Positions 44,566 through 57,833 of a stretch of DNA of 64,000 nucleotides are shown piece by piece; positions within the stretch are counted from its first letter, which is position 1, and each line of letters opens with the position of its first letter. A program made the position numbers and the translations under genes. The notes beneath the pieces are model-generated. The model saw only the letters and a program-made list of their open reading frames with translations. It was not told the DNA's origin and ran no database searches. The stretch comes from Octopus vulgaris (Eukaryota), in the NCBI GenBank assembly GCA_951406725.2, contig OX597816.1:120404001-120468000 (forward strand), in the 5' to 3' direction.

Positions 44566-45618
44566 CATATACATATATTTATACATACGCACACACACAC
44601 ACATACATATATATATACACACGCTGGTTGAGGTAAGGTTTCATCAAGTAGTATAATACTCGATCAGTTAAGAGAGCAAAGATATTGTTATAAGAAAAAC
44701 AAGCGTTGTGGTATTTCACAAAGCTTGCGGTTTTTATCCCTATACAAGTCTACAAGTCTTTATTGAACTCTTTCCGGTCCTCTCATTATGGCGATATTTA
44801 GTGTTGATCCGCAGGATCATCTCTTTCTCTGTGCGTTTGTCTCCAGTTTTTAGAGTTTTCAGCTATTTTTTGCCCCCATTTTTTTTATTGCACACTTGTT
44901 AGATTAGATACTGATTAGGATGTGATCTTGATGGAATCCAGAAAGCATTTTTTTGGTGCACCCCTTGAGCGGTCAGCTTCCTTAAGCATCGAGCCTGTGG
45001 CAGTTGAGACCGGCATTCTTGGCCTCATGCACCATATTCCTTTCTCTCTGCTATCGGGTCGGAGATTGTTGCCCGCAAGTGCGAGCCCTGTGAGTCAGAG
45101 CGGCTGTTCCAGCGCATCTCCTTCGTTATCCTCCAGGGGCAACACCTTTTCCATTTTGTGTACTGGTACCATAAGAAACATTGAACTATGATAGAAGAAA
45201 GTTGCCTTTACTTAGACTATCTGTTATTCTATTGTTATGTCTTTCTCATTTAATACTCAGGACTTAGCTTCAAGCTGTGAGCTAAGATCGTTACACAGAG
45301 CACAGAGCAGCTTAGCATTTTAATACGGCCTGGATATCAGAGGTGATTATTAATGAACGCTTTGTATTCTCACAAGATTTGGTTCTACCAGTACACTTTG
45401 GTTGACATCTCGCTGACCTTAAGGGTCGAATGTAGCTCTGCTTGATGAAATGTCTTGCGTTGAGAAACTTATGTTCGTTTAAAGTCCAAATGTTAGACTC
45501 GTTGAGCATGAGTGTGGCGAGCATGGTTATAACTATAAGTGTAAATATATTCACATGCGAAAGCCGAATAAACATATATTTAATCTCTCTCTCTCACAGT
45601 ACACATACGAACGCAGAG

Positions 45619-45649
<31 letters not shown>

Positions 45650-46026
45650 TAGATACATGCATACATGCATACATACATACACACACACAAACTCAAATAC
45701 ATACATGCAGTATAATGGTTGGACTTTAATAAGTTTCCACTAATTAAATTCCCGTCATTAGGTAATTGTCAACTCGAACTTATTGTTGAAAATACAAAGC
45801 CAAAGGTGCGACGTAATGGGATCGAACCCAGAACCACGTGGATGGAAAGCTAACTTATATGTATGAGTTTCTGTGTGTGTCTGTGAATATATATATGTAC
45901 GTGTACATGTATATGCGTGTGCATACACACACATACATGTTCACTACACACAACACACACACACACACACACACATATACATACACACGCACACACACAC
46001 ACACACACAGATATATAGTGGCAGAA

Positions 46027-46065
<39 letters not shown>

Positions 46066-46594
46066 AAGAAAAGACAGGGGAAGGAGTATAAATGTATTCA
46101 CCCATATCAAACCTTATTAACTAGATCTACACTAAAAGCATACTAGCTGCGATCATTACTAAGCATACCACTTTCCTATTTTTCACGATGGGCACGGTGA
46201 TGTGAAGTAGATTTGACTTCTATTTTTAACCAGCCAAGTGACCACGCTGAGTATGTGTGTGTATATGTGAAACTGTGTCCATATGTCGATGGGTATGTGA
46301 ACGCACGTGTTGTTTTAGATCCTATTAGCACTGTTTGAGCTTATCTATAATAAAAGATATTCCATCAGAAACCATCACGTCTTTCTATAAATATATTACA
46401 CTTAGATCTTCATTGTTTAATGCATTCTTCGTTTATATTTCAAAATGCATTATGTAATATCAGAAAGATTTGGCTGCTATTTCTAGTAGATCGAACGCTA
46501 GCTATGCTTGCGTTTGTGTGTGATGACATTTTTTTTCTTTTTTAGAAATTCCAGTATGTTGCTGTCTTGAAGTGTGTGGGTGTATATGTACTGA

Positions 46595-46914
46595 TGGCGT
46601 GCGGCTTAGTGGTTAGGGTTTTCGGCTCATGATCGTAAGATTGTGAGATCAAATGCCGGCGACGGTTTGTGTCTTTGAGCAAGATACTTTATACCACGTT
46701 CCTCCAGTCCACTCAGCTGGCAAAAATGAGTAGTACCTGTAATTTCAAAGGGTTAGCCTTGTCACATTCTGTATCACGCTGAATCTCCTTGAGAACTACG
46801 TTAAGGGTACATGTGTCTGTGGAATGCTGAGCCACTTGCACGCTGATTTCACGAGCAGGCTGTTTTGTTGATCACATCAACTGGAACGCTCATCGTCGTA
46901 ACCGACGGAGTGCC
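46595..46914 (+). mobile_element. tRNA-derived SINE with a CORE-like central block
   Basis: A-box gcggcttagtgg; tgtgtctttgagcaagatacttt (CORE-like); 3' half shared with 42590-42776. Confidence 0.85.
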
Positions 46915-46964
46915 GGTGGGTGTTTATGTATGTAAGTTAATATTTATGGATGCATTTACATACA

Positions 46965-47182
46965 CACAGACATCGGTTGCTTTTGCCGAACCGCTAGATA
47001 CGGTGACGTGAACCAACCAACACCGGTTGTCAAGTGGTAGTGGGGGACAAATACAGTCACTAGGTGTGTATACGACGGGTTTCCGTCTACCGAATTCACT
47101 CACAAGGCTTTTGTTGGTCATGGGCTATAGTGGAAAGATTTAGCTCAAGCTGCCACGCAGTGAGACTGAACTCGGAACCATA
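46965..47182 (-). mobile_element. SINE central fragment
   Basis: Reverse complement matches 10640-10730; also similar to 24760-24870. Confidence 0.7.
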
Positions 47183-47220
<38 letters not shown>

Positions 47221-47234
47221 GCGTACGTGCATGT

Positions 47235-47539
47235 GTCGGGCTCACAACCATGAGGTAGTGAGTTCGATTCTTGGACCGGACTGTGTGTTGTGTTCTTGAG
47301 CAAGACACTTTATTTTACACTGTTCCTGTTCATTCAGCTGTCGAAATGAGTTGCGACGTCAGCGGTGCCAAGCTGTATCGGCTTTTTCCTTGGATAACAT
47401 CAGTGGCTTGGAGAGGGAAGCTGGTATGCATGGTCAACTGCTGGTCTTCCATAAACAACTGTACCCAGACTTGTGCTTAGGAGGGGAACTTCCTAGCTGC
47501 AATCCCATGGTCATTCATATCTCAAGGGGTCTTTACTCT

Positions 47540-47540
<1 letters not shown>
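47235..47540 (+). mobile_element. tRNA/CORE-like SINE with a different 3' tail
   Basis: B-box gttcgattc; tgttgtgttcttgagcaagacacttt; tail unlike that of the 46595 copy. Confidence 0.7.
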
Positions 47541-47635
<95 letters not shown>

Positions 47636-48501
47636 ATAAATCATTTATTGACGTCGAAGTTCAATAGTTCAATAAGCTGAAAAAAAAAAGGAAAAGTCTA
47701 CAAACTTTGATGCCAATAAACTATTGCTCCTGAACGTTGTTTTATAAACCTACCACGGACTGCTGGTAGCTTACAAACTTTGCCACTCTCAGATCCTTGG
47801 ATCTTACAATTACGCGCGCGCGCACACACACAGACACAGACACAGACAGACACAGACAGACACAGACAGACAGACACACACACACACACACACACGTAAA
47901 GAATGGGGAATTATACTTCTTCATAAGTTCTCTATTAAAGTATTCTTCACATGACATTCACGTTAGATTTCAGTCCCGACACGTGTCTCTGCTGCATAAG
48001 TATCCTAATATCTCTTGATATAATATATATGTGCAATCAGTTGTTACAGTTTCAGTATATATTCATCCAGAATAGACATACCTACGCAGTTTTATTCAAG
48101 GTTGTACCCATGCACGTGGATGAAGCGAACTGAATAATTCAGTCTTTGATAGTCCTCCTCAGAACATAATTCAGGTGGAAGGGGAGGGATGTGGGTCGGC
48201 GGATAAAAGCTCAATTTTATATGACTGTAGAGATTGCTGTGAAATACGATATGACTATATATTCTGGTTTCATTTAGATCTAGAGTAACCCTTTAGAATT
48301 AAAGGGAATAGACGAATTATATAATTAGTAGTCGAAGAACCATTAGCTACTCATAATGTTCCCTATCATTCGATGTAGTTAACTAGAACCTGGTTTATAT
48401 CCGAGTACTAACAAGGTACCTACCTGTCCAGATTATATATACATACATAAATACATATGTACAAACTTATATACATACATAAATGTATATATATATATAT
48501 G

Positions 48502-48550
<49 letters not shown>

Positions 48551-48633
48551 ATAAATATTAGAGAATAAATCCAAATTTACAGGGAAAAATCAGATTTAGG
48601 ATTAAATCCAATTTTATAGTAAAATATTATATA

Positions 48634-48797
48634 ATATAATTCGAGACAAAACCACTGTTTTGCAAAACAAACAAGGAAAGACTTAATCAATACATAAAAA
48701 TTTTAATATAAAGAAATAAATATTTCTTTATATTAAAATTTTTATGTATTGATTAAGTCTTTCCTTGTTTGTTTTGCAAAATAGTGGTTTTGTCTCG

Positions 48798-48805
<8 letters not shown>
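48634..48805. repeat. Near-perfect 172 bp palindrome next to (TA)n
   Basis: ~85 bp arms, 2 nt centre near 48719, one mismatch seen. Confidence 0.95.
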
Positions 48806-48833
<28 letters not shown>

Positions 48834-48838
<5 letters not shown>

Positions 48839-49057
48839 TAATTAAGGGTGTCTAAGAGATACCACCATGCTAGATATAGCAACCAAAATTTGACTCTAAG
48901 ATCACATTAAGTGTTCATACAGCACCAGTTGGTAGTTTATTTTGTCTCTTTGTCTTCTTTCTTGGTGCTGTATGGAACATTTAATGTCGCTTTAAAGTCA
49001 AGTTTTGGCTGCTATATCTAGCATGGTGGTATCTCTTAGATACCCTTACTTATAATT
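48834..49057. repeat. ~95 bp-arm imperfect inverted repeat
   Basis: taagggtgtctaagagataccaccatgctagatatagc / gctatatctagcatggtggtatctcttagataccctta. Confidence 0.9.
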
Positions 49058-49155
49058 TTAATAATAATTATTGCCTATGAGGTTTTTATTCCCATGCTAG
49101 CCACCTGATATAATCAGTATTTTAAATAACGATCTCATCCTTATATATATGTATG

Positions 49156-50019
49156 CAGTGTGTGGTGAATAGGTCAAAATAACGCAAAAAAGAATATAAC
49201 ACTTGACATCTCATTTTAGCGGATATATTTACCAAAATTACATAAAAATATCTTGAAATACTAAAGAGTAAATTTATTCAATAAAATCGCCATTGGCCTC
49301 AACCACGGCCTCCAGACAACTTCGGAATCTCCTGCAACTCTTCTAGACGGTCTCCTTGTTTAAGTTGGTGAATGCTGCTATAATCGTTGCATTCAGTTCA
49401 TCTTTGATGTTACCCGGAGTTTTGTTGGTCTCTCGCTCAACTGTGCCCCACACATAATAATGAAGGGGGTTGCAGCCTGGGGAAATAGGTGGCCAGCTGT
49501 TAGGTGTGATGTGGTCGCAGAAATTGTCTGACAGTCATGACTGGGTTCTCCTGCTTGTGTGGCATGGTGCAGAATCCTATTACCAGACATAGGGTCTTCA
49601 AGCAGCCACCCTCTTTATCCAGGGCAGCACTTTCTCCCCCGTGCACTTGATGGAGGCCACCGTGTTGAGTTTGAGGCCGTATCGGAAGATGAATGGAAGT
49701 ATACCGTCACCATCATTAGTGATCACTTCAGACACCATGATGTTGACTGGATGTTTCATTTATAGCACTCTTGATACATGTCCTCAGATTGACACCCAAA
49801 AACTCTGAAATGTTCGTATTGGAGCTTCCAGTGCGAATGTCAAGCAGCAGAGCATGTTTCCGAATTTCTGGTAGAGTGAATTGTGCCATCGTGCTGTTTT
49901 CCTCACTGACGGTGCCCAACTCAACTTACTATACTGTTTAGTCGACAAAATCAAAAACAAACGATACGCCTACGTGACATTAAAAGTATAAAATGGTGAC
50001 ATTTTACCCATCGCACCCT

Positions 50020-50020
<1 letters not shown>
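49156..50020 (-). mobile_element. maT/DD37D-like Tc1-mariner remnant
   Basis: DSAPCHTSRRTQS*LSDNFCDHITPNSWPPISPGCNP and RFRSCLEAVVEANGDF; degenerate CAG...CTG TIRs. Confidence 0.8.
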
Positions 50021-50078
<58 letters not shown>

Positions 50079-50153
50079 AAAAACACAAAGTCAAATATAA
50101 TAGTAAAAATATTTTAACTATGCTTACTGCATTTTCAACTTCAATATTTTGTA

Positions 50154-50210
<57 letters not shown>

Positions 50211-50218
<8 letters not shown>

Positions 50219-50542
50219 ATATTTCGGAATGGTCATTTTGCCAGTTTAGCCGATAAAACACACGCACTATATATTTGGTGTTACTTTGCTTCAGTGTTAT
50301 TTATTTTTTACATTAATCTTAATCTTATTTCGGCCAGAGTTCTTTCGTAACACTCCTGTGACCGCATCAGTGGTCCTTAGTTTTCTTCTTTCTTATTTGT
50401 GTCTCTCCTTACTAACCGTCAGCCATTTTGTATTTCTATTATATGTCTTCATTTGCGCATGCTTATATCTCTATGTGCGTCTATGTTTATTTAGTGTGTG
50501 TGGCTAAACTGGCAAAATGACCATTCCGAAATATAACAATAT
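50211..50542. repeat. 41 bp inverted repeat around a 250 bp spacer, next to (TA)n
   Basis: 50211-50251 is the reverse complement of 50502-50542. Confidence 0.9.
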
Positions 50543-50593
50543 CAGTTTCAACACACGACTTCACATAAAAAATCTTGCACAACAAATATATAA

Positions 50594-50699
<106 letters not shown>

Positions 50700-50813
50700 A
50701 CGGATATATTGCCTTCCAAACGAAATATAACGGAGGAATAAAGGATATTTAAAAAAAAATCTTGCACGAGAAAAGCTGGAATGTGTCTCTGCTTATATAT
50801 GTGTACCTGTGTG

Positions 50814-50858
<45 letters not shown>

Positions 50859-50979
50859 GTGTGTGTGTGTAGAAAGATAGATAGATACGGGCATATATAC
50901 ATACGAATATATATGCTCACACACGTATGTATGTATGTATATACATATAAATATATACATATACACATATAAATATACA

Positions 50980-51035
<56 letters not shown>

Positions 51036-51081
51036 CACACAAACACATATATATAAATATATATATATACGTATATAAATA

Positions 51082-51140
<59 letters not shown>

Positions 51141-51222
51141 GGTCCCGGGTTGAGTCGGGGTTAACCACAGTAAATAAGGTACTCAATACATAGCAGAGTA
51201 AAGTAATTTATTTTATAGAAGG

Positions 51223-51273
51223 AGCTTCTACAGGACTAGAACTGTTTCATTCAGATGAAATCTTCAGGAAGCT
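51223..51273 (-). ncRNA. Type I hammerhead ribozyme, canonical core
   Basis: agcttc-CTGAAGA-tttca tc tgaat-GAAA-CAG ttctagtc CTG-TA-gaagct; perfect 6 bp stem I. Confidence 0.85.
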
Positions 51274-51477
51274 GGCTGTCAAAATAAGTTCTGGTATTTA
51301 CGCATATATAAGCATATATACGTATATAAATACATATATGTATATATAAATACACACATGCATACACATACATACACACATATACATACATGCACATACA
51401 TACACATGCATACACGTACATACATATACAAATCTACACACATACACATATATATACCCATACATAAATCTACATGT

Positions 51478-51514
<37 letters not shown>

Positions 51515-51834
51515 CATGCATACACAAATATACATGCATACACACATACATTTATATACAAATACACATGTATATATAAATACACATACGCATACACAAA
51601 TATGTACATGCATATACACATACATACACATACACACACACATATATATATACATAAATACATACATGCATATATATATACACATATACACATATACATA
51701 CATACACACATATAAAACACATATATGCATACACACATATACATACATAAACATATATACATGTATATACATACATATAAATATATACACATGTACACAC
51801 GTACATACATAAATACGTACACACACATACAACC

Positions 51835-51883
<49 letters not shown>

Positions 51884-52146
51884 TATATACACGCGTATAC
51901 ATACATATGCACATATATACACATACACACATATACACGCACACACATACATATGTACATATACATATGCACACATACATATATATACACACACACCTCA
52001 TAATACGTATATAATCTTTATACATATGTTTATATTTGAGTAAAAATGAATAAGAATGACTTGTCTGATAATTATTTTCCGCTTTATTGATTCGATGTTT
52101 ACAAATCGTATGTTTACAAAGGCATATGTACATTCGTATGTATAAA

Positions 52147-52188
<42 letters not shown>

Positions 52189-52290
52189 CGTGTATGTCTG
52201 TTTGTGTGTGAGTACATAGATACTTGCATACATGATTATAGGAGTGTCGCAGCTTATAGAAATATATATTTATTGTTTACTATTAGATAG

Positions 52291-53117
52291 AGGCAGCGAG
52301 CTGGTAGAAAGGTTAGCGACATTTCTTCCGTATTTACGTGTCCAAATTCCGTTGAAGTCGACTTTGCCTTTCATCCTTTTGGAGTCGATAAAATAAGTAC
52401 CAGTTGAGCACAGGGGTCGATATAATCGACTTTACTTCTACCCCGAAATTGCTGGCCTTGTGCCGATATTTGAAATTACTTTTAAGGCGGCGAGTTGGCA
52501 GAATAGTTAGCACGCCGGACGAAATACTAAACGGATTTCGACCGTCTTCACGTTCTGAGTTCAAATTCCGCCTTTCTTCTTTTCGGAGTCGATAAGATAA
52601 GTACCAGTTTAGCACTGGGGTCGACGTAATCGACTTACCCGTACCCTGAAATTGCTGGTCTTGTGTTAAAATTTGAAATTCATATTGAGGCGGCGAGCTG
52701 GCAGAATCGTTAGCACGCCGGGAAAAATGTTTGGCAGCATTTCGACCGTCTTTAGGTTCTGATTTCAAATTCTGTGGAAGTCGAGTTCGCCTTTCGTCCT
52801 TTCGGGGTAGATAAAATAGGTACCAGTTGAACACTGGGATCGATAAATCGACTTACACACTCCTTCGAACTTGCTGGCATTGTGTCAAAATATGAAAGTA
52901 TTATTTAATATCACATTAAGGTGGCGAACTGGCACAATCGTTAGCACACCAGACAAAAAAACTAAGCGACATTTCGCCCGTCTCTACACCTTGCGTTCAG
53001 ATTCCGTCTTACATCCCTTCGGGGTCGATGAAATAAGTACCAGTTACGCACTGAGGTTGATGCAATCGGCTAGCTCCCGCCTCGAAAATATGTCCTTGCA
53101 CCTATTGTAGAAAGGAT
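52291..53117 (+). mobile_element. Head-to-tail array of four ~200 bp tRNA-derived SINEs (Meta-domain-like centre)
   Basis: Units start near 52291, 52486, 52689 and 52919 with ggcggcgagctggcagaa-like heads; gttcaaattcc B-box; cctttcatcctttcggggtcgataaaataagtaccag core. Confidence 0.9.
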
Positions 53118-53819
53118 GAATTATTCTTACATTAAATATGCAAATTGTTTATCATTAAATCTTCTAACAAATTCAATAAAGTGGCATTGTATCAGCTAAT
53201 GTGAATACACACACACACACACACACACACACATTATGTGGTCACATGTGTATGTGTGCAGCACATACATACGCACACATACGCGCACATATTGTATACA
53301 TTTGAAAGTCGTAGTTGTGCAGTTATGATGTATAAAAGTGTTTACATATTCGGTCAATGAATCCTTGGGGCATTTGTTGTCAACAATCCTTTGCTGTACA
53401 AGGAAGTCGAATGTCTACATACTATTTTAATTCGAACATCTCCTGTTATGCTTTGTGCTTCGATAGGAAGCAATTCAGATGTTTGTATCTCATTTCCATC
53501 TTATTTTCTTCTCTATTCTACTTTCATTTTTGATGGGGACACCCTCAGGTCGAAAACTGAGAAGTTCGCGCGCACTCATACACATATTCATATATGCATA
53601 TCCGTACACACATGCGTGGGTACACACACACACACGACAGAGCACACACAAACATACACATGAACGCGCGCGCGCACACACACACACATTCGGTTTGAAT
53701 TTCACACTTTGACACTTTGACAATTTGCACAAAAGTAAAAGGAAATACAATATCCAATCCCAAAATAAAAGTATTCTAAGAAAATCAAAAAATATCAACT
53801 AGTTTATGGCTGGGAGATA

Positions 53820-54255
53820 ACAGTCTAATGAAAGTAACCGCACTCAGAATCCACCACGGCCTCAAAACTGCTCCCGAACTTAGGGCGTGCGTTCTTCATT
53901 GTGTCTTTCGGAAGATTTTCAAAACACCTTCTTGATCTTGACTACCAGTTCGGCCTTGATGTTGCAGATAGAGCGGTTGGTCTCTTTGTCACCCGCGTAC
54001 GGTACACAATAATCCATACGATTACAATCGGAGCAATTAGGAACCTAGAGATTGGGGGCACCGAAGTTGCATTCATTTTCTGACAGCCACTTCTGACATT
54101 GAATCCTGCTGCCACGCATATGACTTTCCAGCAAACAACCCGCTCTAGTCATGGTTTGACCACAGTCTTCAATAACCTTACATAGCAGTCTAAATTAAGC
54201 CTAAATATCTGTTCATCACTTGTTGAATGAATCCCGGCGTGCGGACGCTGTCAGA
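53820..54255 (-). mobile_element. Second maT/DD37D-like transposase remnant
   Basis: PNCSDCNRMDYCV..KETNRSICNIKAELVVKIKKVF, parallel to 49300-49560. Confidence 0.65.
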
Positions 54256-54353
54256 ACAACTTGAGTGTCCCTTTCTGCTGGTCACGGCTTCGTAGTCTCT
54301 GTTGCAGCTATCCATGTCACGTCTTACAGTGTTCACAGAGCAGTGAGCAGCAG

Positions 54354-54935
<582 letters not shown>

Positions 54936-55399
54936 TTCATTCTTCGGGGTCGTTAAAATAAGTACCAGTTGTGCAAGAAATATAAGTGGTACTTGTAATA
55001 CTCCTATCAATACATGAATCAAATACAAACACAACAAGCTTGTTATGGTTGCTTGGGACAAAATTCTGCTCTTATAGAAGTCAGCTGCCCAGCAGACAAA
55101 GGAAATTAATTTAAAGTCTGTGGGAACTTATGAACAAATCCTTCGATATTCTAATTAGAAATTCCCATCTTTACCAGTAATTAAGTGGCACACTTGACTA
55201 TGTTATAAAACGTCCAATAATCTTTCAAAGTTAGGTTTTCAGGTAAAGGAAAGATCCAATTAATATTTTCTCATAATTCATTCTATTAGAAGACTAATGA
55301 ATATCTATAAAGTTTTATATGAAATGTATCGTGTTGTACTTTCCGTCTAAACTTCAGCGATAGAGCTTTGATTGTTAGTTAAGGAAGTTTCCATCTTAT

Positions 55400-56620
55400 A
55401 GGATGATTTAAGAGAATAAATAGAGGCAAGGAAATCAGCAAAATAGATAAAGATGTAGGTAAAAGCCTGGATGTGACAACCGATGCAGAATGCGGAACTT
55501 ACACTGAATATTTTAGCTGACATTATAACCAGCTTTCTGAAAATGTCATTGCAAAACTATTTACCTAAGAGGCATGGTGCCATTGTTAATGCATCATGCA
55601 TTGCAATCCGTGGAAAGGATAATTCTGAAGACCAATTCTGGCATATAAGATGTAGTCTTACATTCTCATAATATGAAAGAATATTGGAATTATATTTCCC
55701 GTTTAAACCTCTCTAAAATACTACCACAACGAATCTAGCATGATAATTCGGAGCACAAAGGAAAGTGTACTTTGTAGAAATAGGATATTAAAGGTGAAAG
55801 ACAAAGAAATCATCTTTGGTGAACTAATAAGAAATCTGCTGATACTACATTCAAACAATAACTTTATATTTATATATGTGATCATATATGAGAATCTGGA
55901 CTTCACCAAACCTGATAAGATATGGCTGATTGTGAAATTACAATTGCAACCGATTAATGAAACTGAAAATGTGGGAAACATTCGAAGAACTACCTATGAT
56001 AGTTATACATAGAAACATGATTATAAGCACATAAGTCAAAAGATACACATTCATATGATATGGCTAATAAATGCGCCGAAGTAACGCACACCATATCGAA
56101 TTATTACATACGTTTTACAGCTAACTTTGTGAAGTGGCGTATTTCTATGCATCATTACTTGTATAATAATGAAAAGCGTTGACTTTCTACCTCGTTAGCT
56201 GAGTACATCTTTAATTTAAGGCCGAAAGGAAACAAATTCAAACTCCTTTGGTCTAGTATCGATTCTGTTACTCTTTATGAAGCTGGTGTATAAGGTTATA
56301 CGCGAGGCTATGGTTATCATTATAACTGATAGTCAGCATCTGCTTAATAAGCGTAATGAATTGATTGTCAGTCGTAGACATCGATTAAAACACTTTTTCT
56401 ATAACTATATTTCTCAGACGTTGCAGAGTGTAAGAAATATTAGCCATTCAAAAGCAAAGAAAAATACTGTTAACTTCACTTAAACATTTATTTCTTGATG
56501 TCAAAGTTTTGTGATTATTGAAAAATTTTCCTGATCCCACTGGAACTCTGATTATATGATGCAGTGGAATTATGTCAGTGACGAGTTCGCAGTTGGTGTG
56601 ACGAAAGTTTTGACACCAAC
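55400..56620 (+). mobile_element. Highly decayed Penelope-like element 3' region ending in a degenerate HHR (56573-56615)
   Basis: SLAEYIFNL..KLLWS and LLNKRNELIVSRRHRLK parallel 36420-36640; tgtca-GTGACGA-..-GAAA-GTTT-tgaca. Confidence 0.6.
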
Positions 56621-57124
56621 TGATACATGTTTAAGTGAATTTGATCTATGTGTTTGTTGAATGACTAATACGCATCTTCCACGATGAAGTCCTTTTAGCT
56701 TCAACACATAGTCTCAGATCAAAACTCTTGCCAGACAAGTACATCTCCGAAATATATTTTTCCGGAGTGGTATCTGTCTCTTTCACTATTCATTGGATCC
56801 TCTGGTCTTTTTTCTCAAGAATATTTATGATTATGCTGCATTTGGTTTCCAAGGCTTTCCATTATTCTGCTTATGCACTCCTTACGTAACACCTGGTACC
56901 CGAAACTTGTTGGTTTACCAAACTGTATATCACCACTTAACTTACTTTTTTCTTTACTTGCATATCTCCTCTTTCTTTGAACTACTCATTTCTTTTATTT
57001 ATTTTTTGTTCATTATTATTCTTAGTATTAATATTATAAAATAATTAGTATTGGCGTTGTTGTTGATACCGTTGTTATTATTCTCATTACTTTGATGGAA
57101 GATTTTTTTAAACTATTATTATTT

Positions 57125-57700
57125 TCTATTGTATTTTAATTTCTTGCCAAGTATCATTCCGACACCAAGAATAAAGAAACTCACTGTATACATTTATAAA
57201 CCATTAAGCTAAACACACCAGCTTGTTCTCTTTCAAAATGAATTGAAGTTATTCGAAGAAAAATCAAACATACATGGGTGATAATCGTCTTAACATCGAC
57301 AATGCTCTTCTCCCAACGTGTGACGTAATAGTTAAAATAAATCTTTTGCACTTCTTGCATAGATGGTAAGCCAAGGATCATTCTCAAATAACCTTCAGTT
57401 CCATTTTTTGGTAATTCTTAGTACTCCTGCAGTTACTGTGTTATTGTAACTGCCTTGAGATGCAATATATTTTCAATTTCAATGTGAAAATCTTTATATC
57501 TTCTGAGCTTGTCAAATTGTTTTGCCGAGATATTATGATCACAAGGAATACTCACTTCGATCAATAAACAAACTTAATTATTTTAGTCTCTCACAACAAT
57601 GTTCAGTTTATTAACGGTGGTGGTTCGGCCTCTATTTACTGGAAAGTCCCAAAGAATCGTTACATTTCTCCATCAGTTTACATCCTTAGGGTGGCGGTAA
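57125..57700 (-). mobile_element. Degenerate 3' copy of the 17746-21487 R4 family
   Basis: DNA similarity: acatcgacaatgctcttctc, aatcttttgcacttcttgca, gagatattatgatcaca, actggaaagtccca. Confidence 0.9.
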
Positions 57701-57833
57701 TTATAATTATTGCTGTTGTTGTTGTTGCTGTTCTTCTTCTTCTTCTTCTTCTTCTTCTTCTTCTTCTTCTTCTTCTTCTTCTTCTTCTTCTTCTTCTTCT
57801 TCTTCTTCTTCTTCTTCTTCTTCTTCTTCTTTT

